Positions 1 to 7,298 of a DNA stretch of 64,000 bases are shown here, piece after piece; positions within the stretch are counted from its first letter, which is position 1, and the number at the start of each line of letters is the position of its first letter. The translations under genes and the position numbers were made by a program. The notes under the pieces are model-generated. The model did no database searches, was not told where the DNA came from, and saw only the letters and a list, made by a program, of their open reading frames with translations. Origin of the DNA: a virus (Duplodnaviria; Caudoviricetes); IMG/VR virus record IMGVR_UViG_3300048895_000267, positions 4,671-68,670 of that record; one strand, given 5' to 3'.

Positions 1-294
1 AGCCGCCGAAGCATGCGTAGTACCACGCCTCGCCTACGCATGGCGACCAAGAGGATGCTCGTACCAGACCTGCCCTAGGGAAATGACGCGAAGGCTTAGA
101 GCCTGCGCACCTGCGCCAAATGCCGCGCGCGTGCAATAAACGAGCCGCTGATCCTGTCAATGGGCGACCAACGAGAAGGGCGTCGCATGCCCGCTACGCA
201 GCATAAAAACAAGCTGTCAGCCCAGTGCGATCGCACGCTGCAATAGGGCCGATCGGACGCTGTAACCGATCAACACCGTAGTGAGGCTACGCAG

Positions 295-477
295 ATGCCA
301 CAAGTAAGACGTGTGCGCATAACGCTGGTGTGCATGGACTTCGACAAGGTCGAAGCCATGGACCGACGCTCGTTCCAATCCCCCGAAGACCTGCTCACCG
401 AGGTCGAGGACATGTGCGAATCAGGTGAATACGACATCAACGACATCCATCAATACATCAAGGATCACAGCTCATGA
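295..477 (+). CDS. Small hypothetical early protein
   Basis: ORF track; GAGG upstream; ATGA overlap with the next gene. Confidence 0.6.
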   Translation: MPQVRRVRITLVCMDFDKVEAMDRRSFQSPEDLLTEVEDMCESGEYDINDIHQYIKDHSS

Positions 478-1379
478 ACGCAGAACGCTCGCTCCACAAC
501 TTCGTCCTGAAGCAGGACGCCACCGTCGCCATGGCCCTCGTGCAGGGCATCGGCAACTACGCCCTCGGCCAGCTGATCTCCGCGGCCACGGCCCAGAAGT
601 ACGCCGACGACGCGAAAGAACGCGACGAAGAGAACGACAACGCCAGCGTCGACCAGCGCAACGAGAAGGACGACGATGACGAGCGCGCTCCGCCGGACGG
701 CCTCGAAGCCCGTGAGACGCCGACCGATCGCATCAACCGCTACGCTGCGCTGTACGCCGACTGCATCGACATGGCCGACAGCTTCGACGCTGGCGAGTAC
801 GACCGTCCGCAGGACATCGCCAGCCACGTCGCGTGGCGCGCTGGCCGCCCGGCCGCTGACGTCGAGCGCATCAAGCGCGGCAGCGTCAGCCTCGAAGAAG
901 CCCTGCGCCTCGTGGCCAACGCCAAGAGCCAGCAGGCGTTCTGGGCCAAGCACAAGTCCGACGTGATCGCGCTGTGCGAAGACGCTTGCGTCGACGCCAC
1001 TGGCGAAGCCCTGATGACGCTGGAAGGCGTCGACGCCGTGCAGGCGATGGTCAAGGGCTACGCCAAGCTGGTCGACCGCATCGGCAACCGCAAGGGCTCG
1101 CCGTACTTCACCAGTAAGGGCGAGATCGGCAAGACGATCCGTAGCGACGTCGGCGCCATGGAAGCCGCGCTCGAGCGCACCGAGAAGTTCATCGACGAGC
1201 TCGAAACGGCCTACGCTCCCGAGCTGCTGGCTGCGATCGAGCAGGGCCGCAACCTGCACAGCATCGAGTCCGCCGTCGAAGGCGTGCAGCTGCGCATGGC
1301 CGAGCGCCTGAAGGGCCTGATCGCCGCGGTCGAGGAGACCGAAGCCAAGACCAAGAAGGCCGAGACGGCCGAAGCCTGA
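474..1379 (+). CDS. Hypothetical helical protein (301 aa)
   Basis: Long ORF with strong C/G-ending codon bias, followed by a terminator. Confidence 0.85.
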   Translation: MNAERSLHNFVLKQDATVAMALVQGIGNYALGQLISAATAQKYADDAKERDEENDNASVDQRNEKDDDDERAPPDGLEARETPTDRINRYAALYADCIDMADSFDAGEYDRPQDIASHVAWRAGRPAADVERIKRGSVSLEEALRLVANAKSQQAFWAKHKSDVIALCEDACVDATGEALMTLEGVDAVQAMVKGYAKLVDRIGNRKGSPYFTSKGEIGKTIRSDVGAMEAALERTEKFIDELETAYAPELLAAIEQGRNLHSIESAVEGVQLRMAERLKGLIAAVEETEAKTKKAETAEA

Positions 1380-1388
1380 TCCACCACC

Positions 1389-1420
1389 ACCGCACCCTCT
1401 TCGGAGGGTGCGGTTTCTTT
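1389..1420 (+). terminator. Intrinsic terminator
   Basis: ACCGCACCCTC-TTCG-GAGGGTGCGGT stem with UUCG loop, then TTCTTT. Confidence 0.85.
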
Positions 1421-1453
1421 CGCTTTATCACGAAACCCGAAGGGGAACCCGAC

Positions 1454-2233
1454 ATGGGCAAGCTGCATGAAATCCTTGCGGTCGAAAAGACCGTCGAAGA
1501 AGCCAGCAACAAGATCATTTCCGAGACCAACGCCAAGTTCGGCAAGGTCGACGCCTACTTCGCCGGCGGCATCAAGACGCTGGAGCTGCTCGAAGAAGGC
1601 CTCGCCAACAAGGCCATCGAAGCCGCGGCCGAGCAGAAGGCCGAACTGGTCACCACCGTGCACGAGACGCTCGACTACGCCCTGAACTACTGGGCCAACG
1701 CCGAAGACGTGAAGTTCCAGAAGGACTCCACGAACCAGCGCGCGATCGCCGACATCGTCGTCGATGGCGAAGTGCTCGCCAAGGACGTGCCGGTCGACAC
1801 CCTGCTCGGCCTCGAGGCTCGGCTGGTCACGCTGCGCAATACGTTCTCGCTGATGCCCACGCTCAACGCGGCGGTCGAGTGGGTACCGGCTGACGTCGGC
1901 GGCCTGCGCGGCGCCGTGCGCGCCAAGGACCCGATGGTCCAGACCAAGACCGAGAAGACCGTCGGCGCCGTCGTGCTCTACGATGCCACCGACAAGCACC
2001 CGGCCCAGCTGGAGAAAGTCACCAACGACAAGGTCGTGGGCACGTTCACCACCGTGCGCTTCTCCGGCGCGGCCAGCACGATGCAGAAGGCCGAAGTGAT
2101 CGCGCGCACCGACAAGCTGCTCGTGGCCGTCAAGCAGGCGCGCATGCGTGCCAACTCCGTCGAAGCCAACGACGGCAAGCTCGGCGCCGACATCAAGAAC
2201 TTCCTGCTTGCGCCGTTCAGCACCACGCACTAA
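1454..2233 (+). CDS. Conserved hypothetical protein, DUF7873-like (259 aa)
   Basis: GGGG RBS; biased codons; motifs KLHEILAVEK, ADIVVDG..LAKDVPV..LL.LE, ATDKHPAQ, TTVRFSGA, QARMRAN resemble the family as I recall it (not searched). Confidence 0.75.
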   Translation: MGKLHEILAVEKTVEEASNKIISETNAKFGKVDAYFAGGIKTLELLEEGLANKAIEAAAEQKAELVTTVHETLDYALNYWANAEDVKFQKDSTNQRAIADIVVDGEVLAKDVPVDTLLGLEARLVTLRNTFSLMPTLNAAVEWVPADVGGLRGAVRAKDPMVQTKTEKTVGAVVLYDATDKHPAQLEKVTNDKVVGTFTTVRFSGAASTMQKAEVIARTDKLLVAVKQARMRANSVEANDGKLGADIKNFLLAPFSTTH

Positions 2234-2403
2234 GCTTCGCATTGCTGCACCAGCACAGCTATCGGCTCACCGTTGAAAGAATACGGACAAGGCGGCCCGA
2301 CTGACAAAAGGCTGGTGCAGCTTCACTTCACGGGGGGACCCGGGAGTAAGTCCTCGCAGCTCACGCTGCCAGCCTACTGCTCCCGGGAACCTCCACCAGT
2401 TTC

Positions 2404-2518
2404 GAAGTCGGGAAGGTGGGCTTAAAAACAGCCATCCTTTAAAGAGTGGAGAAGACCCCTCACCAGAACATCGGAAGGATTAACGTCAATCCTTTAGCGT
2501 CACAGCACACCTGACTTC
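2404..2518 (+). ncRNA. Mimic of the 23S rRNA H43/H44 (L11-binding, GTPase-associated centre) with a 49-nt insert
   Basis: 2414-2448 matches E. coli 23S 1057-1091 at 28/35 and 2498-2510 matches 1092-1104 at 10/13 (E. coli sequence from memory); two compensatory changes. Confidence 0.8.
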
Positions 2519-2674
2519 GGATTCACTTCAAGGCATCCGTTATCGTTATCGTCAACGTTATGTCCCGAACCTCTATCGAAGAGGGGAAGGCGTCTCGTCC
2601 TCGTATCGCCTTGACACGTTCATCGTAATACCACGCAACAAGTACCGAGAGAGTCTCCGGCAGTAGCCGGGAAA

Positions 2675-2771
2675 CCCGTGCATCGGTGGTTCGAATCCAT
2701 CCGGCCCAGCCAAAGCGCTCTTATCCAAGAGTTCTTCGGTGGGCCGTAGCCAAGTGGTCTAAGGTAGCGGG
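2675..2771 (+). tRNA. Circularly permuted tRNA(Gln)-like domain: 3' half 2675-2712 precedes 5' half 2740-2771; no anticodon loop
   Basis: Acceptor TGGGCCG/CGGCCCA 7/7 plus G-CCA; T arm GGTGG-TTCGAAT-CCATC; D arm GCC-AAGTGGTCTAA-GGT; anticodon stem GCGGG/CCCGT. Confidence 0.8.
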
Positions 2772-3070
2772 TACCTTCTTTATCGTCCCTACTCTCGTCG
2801 GACACGACTTGCGTTGATATCCAGCTCTTAAGTGAGCACCGGACTATTAATCCGATCGATATGGAGGCCCGAGGGGCAGCGGCGAAGCCGCCCCTCGGGT
2901 ACCTCTTTCAAGCGCATTGACTCAGTGCTCTTGAACGAGGTACCACCATTCCTAAGCGGTAGGCAGCGCAGCCGAGCGCAAGTGGTTCACGGGGCATAGT
3001 GAGTAGGGCCGCCGTTCGACACGGCATCCCGCCATATCGGAAGCCACCGCTTTTTTCTTCGGAGCATCTC

Positions 3071-3436
3071 ATGTACCACAACGGCCAAGTCGTGCACAAC
3101 CTGCGCACCGGCGAACCTTGCCTCGTCAGCGACGAGGACGAAGACAGCCTGTTCGTATGGAAACAAAACGACGACACGGTGCACTACATCGAGCGCAATC
3201 CGAAGTACGACGACATGCCGAAGCCACCAAGCTACGCCACTGGCTTCCCACCGTCCGTGCAGATCAACGGCCATGAGTACCGCTACGCTGACTACCGTCG
3301 CGAGCAGGAATACTCCATCGCCACGCCGAAGACAGTCGAAGAAGCCGTACGCCTACTCGCTGACGGCCTGATCCAACCTGCCCCCCTGTCCCCCGAATAC
3401 CTTGCCCGGAGAAAAAAGCATGAACACGCAACGTGA
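3071..3436 (+). CDS. Hypothetical protein
   Basis: Start moved to ATG 3071 behind GGAG at 3061. Confidence 0.7.
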   Translation: MYHNGQVVHNLRTGEPCLVSDEDEDSLFVWKQNDDTVHYIERNPKYDDMPKPPSYATGFPPSVQINGHEYRYADYRREQEYSIATPKTVEEAVRLLADGLIQPAPLSPEYLARRKKHEHAT

Positions 3437-3845
3437 TATCAATCGGCTCCTGCCGGCCTTCGTCCTCATCGGCGTCGTGTTCGCATCCAGTGCCACAATC
3501 TACACCTACCGCTTCCGCGGGGATGTCGCTGTCGGCGACCTCGTGGTTGTCGACTCGCCGTACGGCTGGAAGGTCACCAAGGTGGTCGCAATCGAAACCA
3601 AGACCAGCTACACCGGCGCGCTCAAGTGGGCCGTGTGCAAAGTCGACACGACGATGCGCGATGCATGGGTTGCAGAAGAAGACAAGCTGCGCGATGCGCT
3701 CGAAGCCCTCGACGAAGCCGTTGAAGACCAAAAGCTCGCCGACAAGCTCACGGCCAGCCTCAACTTCATCGACCCGGCCACGGCAGCCACCCTGCGCTCT
3801 GCGCTCGGCCTGACGGTACTGGACGACACCGAGCACGCCGCTTAA
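3420..3845 (+). CDS. Hypothetical phage protein (SH3-like N-terminus, YTY..GDLVVVDSPYG)
   Basis: ORF; GGAG RBS; motif typical of small phage proteins. Confidence 0.75.
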   Translation: MNTQRDINRLLPAFVLIGVVFASSATIYTYRFRGDVAVGDLVVVDSPYGWKVTKVVAIETKTSYTGALKWAVCKVDTTMRDAWVAEEDKLRDALEALDEAVEDQKLADKLTASLNFIDPATAATLRSALGLTVLDDTEHAA

Positions 3846-3854
3846 GGACCCCGC

Positions 3855-4280
3855 ATGTGCCTTTACGTTTCCCCCACGCAACATCCACACCCAGCCAGTA
3901 AATACAAACGGCGTGCTTTGCGTGCCGGCTACGACATCCTCGTGTGGAAAAAAGCAAACATGCCGGGCGGCGCGGAGTCTTTCTTTTCTCCGCATCGCTT
4001 TTTTCGCTGGTACTTCGGCAAACTCGAAAAAGTCCGGCTGAGGAAAAACGCAGTTACCGTACGTCAAGGTTTGCATGCTTACTTCCGTAAGCCTTCAGCA
4101 ATAACGCGCCAGTACGGCACTTACTATCCGGCAATCATCCCCGCCGGCTCGCTCTTCTATATCGGTATGTCAGGCGACATTGCCACCAACGCCATGGTGG
4201 TGTACCGCAACATGGACGAAGTGCTTAAGGGCCGCCACTGGATCCGCGCCAACTTCAGCAAGCACAAGGCAGCGAAATGA
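3855..4280 (+). CDS. Hypothetical protein
   Basis: ORF with AAGGA RBS, coupled to the next gene. Confidence 0.7.
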   Translation: MCLYVSPTQHPHPASKYKRRALRAGYDILVWKKANMPGGAESFFSPHRFFRWYFGKLEKVRLRKNAVTVRQGLHAYFRKPSAITRQYGTYYPAIIPAGSLFYIGMSGDIATNAMVVYRNMDEVLKGRHWIRANFSKHKAAK

Positions 4281-4687
4281 AAACCATCAAGATGCCGCGC
4301 GCGAAAGCGCGCAAGTGGCTCAAAGCCCTGCGCTCTGGGCACTATAAGCAGGCCACCCGACACCTCGCCGATGAGTGCGGGTTCTGCTGCCTCGGTGTAC
4401 TCGAGGTCGTGCTCGAAGGCGAAGTCGAAATGCACGAGTGGGACACTGATGACAATGGCGACCCGGTGCCCAGCGACCTGCCAAGCAGGGAGTGGCTGCG
4501 TAAGCAAGGGATCACTTTCCTGAACGAAGGCAAAGAATCGGAAACTCCGTTCCTCCCCCTGCTCAACTGCACGGCTGATGCCGCCAACGACGGCCGCGAA
4601 GCGTACAAGGAACAACCGGGAATCAAGCCGCATACGTTCACCCAGATCGCACGTGCCCTCGAGAAGGCCATCGAATACACGGACTAA
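4277..4687 (+). CDS. Hypothetical phage protein (W..ALRSG.Y.Q...GFCCLGV family); paralogue of 24698-25087
   Basis: Motif shared with the second copy in this window. Confidence 0.8.
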   Translation: MKTIKMPRAKARKWLKALRSGHYKQATRHLADECGFCCLGVLEVVLEGEVEMHEWDTDDNGDPVPSDLPSREWLRKQGITFLNEGKESETPFLPLLNCTADAANDGREAYKEQPGIKPHTFTQIARALEKAIEYTD

Positions 4688-4690
4688 GCC

Positions 4691-5284
4691 ATGCCCCAGA
4701 TCAGCGAGCTACTCGATACTCACGCGCGACTTTGCGCTTCGCTCCTGCGCGACCAGCAACGTGCTGCGCAGCTCGCTCCTTCCGCGCGCAACAACAGGCC
4801 GCATCCGATCGAGCGCAATATCGCCTTGATTGAAACTCAGATCCGTGCGCTTGGCTACGCCGCCCCCAACCGCCCAAGCACGACGACACTCAGTCGCCAA
4901 GCACGCCGTGATACGCGTAACAGGGAAGAAGGCGCTCAGCGCCGCTATTTTTGGGACGCCGTACTCCCCACTGCCACCAGCGACATGTCGGATGCGCTGT
5001 CCCGATTGATGAGGGAGGGCTTATCAACTGCCACTACAACCAGCTGGACTGCTACACCTACGTTGCGCTTCAGCTCCCCAACGTACTACGGCAGCCAATC
5101 AGCACCATCGATACCCACGCACAGGCGAGTCGATGCCTTCGCCACTGCGAGTTATGAAGCGCGCCGGCGCGGTCACACCGCACCGAAGCTGCAGCTCACT
5201 CCCAGCGAAATTGATAAACACACTCCACAGTCAGGCTATGGCTGGGCTAGAATGGAAGCCATCGCCCGCCACTTCAAGGACTAA
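4691..5284 (+). CDS. Hypothetical protein
   Basis: ORF in operon context, GGAC RBS. Confidence 0.6.
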   Translation: MPQISELLDTHARLCASLLRDQQRAAQLAPSARNNRPHPIERNIALIETQIRALGYAAPNRPSTTTLSRQARRDTRNREEGAQRRYFWDAVLPTATSDMSDALSRLMREGLSTATTTSWTATPTLRFSSPTYYGSQSAPSIPTHRRVDAFATASYEARRRGHTAPKLQLTPSEIDKHTPQSGYGWARMEAIARHFKD

Positions 5285-5286
5285 GC

Positions 5287-5475
5287 ATGTGCCATACCAT
5301 CATCCGCGTGACGTACCTCGGTAACGACAAACAAGACATCGACGTGCGCGACCCCGACGAGATCGACAACCGCATCGCCGATCTGCAGGCCAAGGACACC
5401 GTGCAACGTATCGAGGTCTATAACAAAGCACGCGACTACAAGCGCACCATCGAATGGAAGGACCTGCTGCCATGA
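5287..5475 (+). CDS. Small hypothetical protein
   Basis: AAGGA RBS; biased codons. Confidence 0.75.
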   Translation: MCHTIIRVTYLGNDKQDIDVRDPDEIDNRIADLQAKDTVQRIEVYNKARDYKRTIEWKDLLP

Positions 5476-6047
5476 CCGCCCCATCGCGTTCGGCTGCTGA
5501 GGCGGCGGTGGCGTTGATTGAGGAGGCGATGGCTGATAAGCGGTGCCCGCCGAATACGCCCTTTGTCCTGCACACCGCACTTGCCGCGCTGAAAGCCCTC
5601 ATCGCCGACGCGGGGGAGGTGGAGCCGGGGGCGGCTGTGGAGTCAGGGGAAGACGGCGCTGTTGCATGGGCTGTCGCTGATTCGGACGGCAATATCGGCG
5701 CAATGGGCTGGCTTTCGATGGTCAGCTATCCGAGCGCAAAGCAAATGCTCAAGTTGTGCGAGGGCTGGCGATTCGTATTCGCACATCACGCCGCCACTCA
5801 ACCCCCCACCCTCCGCGCCGTTGCATCGGGGCAGGAGGCGAAGGATGCGGCTTGGAGCTTGCGGAATATCCACGCTCAGGTGTCGGCATGGGAAGACAGC
5901 GCTAGCTATCGTCGCTCCAAAGCGCGAGCCGATAAAAACAAGACCGGGGAGATTAGCTGTGACGGCCAATGTCTTGCATACCGCCAAGTCATTCGCCTGA
6001 TCGACGCCGCCATTGACGCCGCCAGTGGCGCGGCGAGGGGGGAGTGA
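5472..6047 (+). CDS. Hypothetical protein (variable early-region type)
   Basis: ATGA coupling; start moved to 5472. Confidence 0.65.
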   Translation: MTAPSRSAAEAAVALIEEAMADKRCPPNTPFVLHTALAALKALIADAGEVEPGAAVESGEDGAVAWAVADSDGNIGAMGWLSMVSYPSAKQMLKLCEGWRFVFAHHAATQPPTLRAVASGQEAKDAAWSLRNIHAQVSAWEDSASYRRSKARADKNKTGEISCDGQCLAYRQVIRLIDAAIDAASGAARGE

Positions 6048-6190
6048 TGGTCCGCAGCAAAAAACTACTTGCGTTGGCGCTCGGACTCGCAACCTACAAC
6101 AGGCCAAAACACGATGCCGCTGAGGAGCCCGATCACGACGCTGACGCGCCTCCCGCCACCCCCACTCCACCCGAGGAGCCGACGAAATGA
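6047..6190 (+). CDS. Small hypothetical protein (47 aa)
   Basis: Read by eye: MVRSKKLLALALGL...; GGGGAG RBS; coupled at both ends. Confidence 0.5.
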   Translation: MVRSKKLLALALGLATYNRPKHDAAEEPDHDADAPPATPTPPEEPTK

Positions 6191-6870
6191 GCGAATACGT
6201 GATGGTGCCGAGTGGCCTTTTCACGCTTGTTGTAAACCTGCTTCGCCGGGATGCGGAGGCAGGCAAGGCTGCTCGCGGCGAGGTTGTGGATGATCTTTCT
6301 ACCTGCGAACGCGCAGCCGCGCCACCGCCACCGGGCGCGTTGTCGGAGGGGGAGCGCGAGGCGCTGGGGATGTTCGTTGGATTCTTCAACGACATTTCCC
6401 TGAATCGGATGCGCGAGGCTCAACTACACACCGGGGCACGGTGGATTGAAACCATGCTGCCAATCCTGCGCCGCCTCTCTGGCGCATCGCAGGCTGGTGG
6501 GGTGGTGGAGAAGTCGGTTCCGTGCGGGCCGTGCAAACAGACCGGCGTGATCTTCTGTGGAGAGGATGTGGAATGTATCCGCTGCGGCGGCTCCGGATGG
6601 GTCAAGCCGTCCGAGGTTGTCGAGTTCGACGCGATTATGAGCGGGCCGCCTTCGCGTACTGCGTGCGAAAAAGCCACCCCTGCGCCTGGCGCCACGCCGA
6701 CCGCCGGGGTGTCGGAGGCGATGGTGGAGCGGGCGTGTGCTGCGTACTGGGCAGACTGTGCCTCGGACCTGACCGAGTACGCCGATTCACACGCTGCCGA
6801 ACGCGGGCACATCCGCGCAGCCCTAACCGCCGCCCACCTGCAAGATCCTGAAGGAAATGAAAAACCGTGA
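6187..6870 (+). CDS. Hypothetical mosaic protein with a CxxC...CxxCxGxG zinc finger
   Basis: CGPCKQTG...CIRCGGSG; C-terminal VSEAMVERA...IRAAL motif common in variable prophage genes. Confidence 0.7.
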   Translation: MSEYVMVPSGLFTLVVNLLRRDAEAGKAARGEVVDDLSTCERAAAPPPPGALSEGEREALGMFVGFFNDISLNRMREAQLHTGARWIETMLPILRRLSGASQAGGVVEKSVPCGPCKQTGVIFCGEDVECIRCGGSGWVKPSEVVEFDAIMSGPPSRTACEKATPAPGATPTAGVSEAMVERACAAYWADCASDLTEYADSHAAERGHIRAALTAAHLQDPEGNEKP

Positions 6871-7298
6871 TCGACAACGAGCGCCTCAACGAGATCTTCT
6901 TCCTGTGCCTGTTCGTCGAGTCCGAAGTGGATGATGATGGCAAGCCAAAGGTTCCGTACCTCGATGCCGACGGCATCATGAACAACTTCTGCTTCCACGA
7001 AGAGCGCTATCGTCAGTTTGAGCATGAAGTAGTCGACATGCTCAAGCAGATGCAGCCCGAGTTCTTCGAGCCTGCGGGCCTGACTTTCCTCGGCATGCCG
7101 ACGGATAAGGACGACATCAGCTGGGCCGAGCACGCCGAGTGCGAAATGCTGCTCGCCTTGGCTGTCGCCGGCGGCTATGCGCGCTACCCGATCGATCGCG
7201 ACATGTGGAAACACCTGTTTGGCGGCGTGCCACTGATTCAGTTTTCTATCACCCCCTTCACCAAGGACACCGCCGATGTCGACCCAGCCTCCCATTAA
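6867..7298 (+). CDS. Hypothetical protein (DUF6137/acidic type not established)
   Basis: GTG start overlapping the upstream stop; ORF track. Confidence 0.7.
   Translation: MIDNERLNEIFFLCLFVESEVDDDGKPKVPYLDADGIMNNFCFHEERYRQFEHEVVDMLKQMQPEFFEPAGLTFLGMPTDKDDISWAEHAECEMLLALAVAGGYARYPIDRDMWKHLFGGVPLIQFSITPFTKDTADVDPASH

Larger units (their letters stand above)
2234..3056 (+). ncRNA. Candidate large (~820 nt) structured ncRNA built from rRNA- and tRNA-like modules
   Basis: No credible ORF; long helices: GCTGCACCAGC 2244-2254/2311-2321, CCCGGGAGT 2339-2347/2380-2388, GAAGTCGGG 2404-2412/2510-2518, hairpins 2868-2899 and 2899-2943, AAGCGGT 2954-2960/ACCGCTT 3046-3052 followed by a T run. Confidence 0.75.

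Noticed and set aside
12-42. Hairpin CATGCGTAG/CTACGCATG at the window start
   Set aside because: A single 9-bp stem in a truncated context; function cannot be assigned.
2611-2640. TTGACA inside the ncRNA as an internal promoter
   Set aside because: No -10 element at a 16-18 nt spacing.
2636-2674. AAGTACCGAGAGAG resembles the sarcin-ricin loop (AGUACGAGAGGA) or the LSU motif AGUACCGUGAGGGAAAG
   Set aside because: It needs an insertion and loses the U-A pair of the SRL. GTAC can instead pair with GTAC at 2771-2774. Too short to beat chance, though worth rechecking in homologues.
2725-2734. CCAAGAGTTC matches 23S H89
   Set aside because: A 10-mer match between ~800 nt and a whole 23S rRNA is expected by chance.
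2675-2771. Two-piece tmRNA
   Set aside because: The acceptor is Gln-like without G3-U70, a full D stem is present, and I found no convincing tag reading frame.
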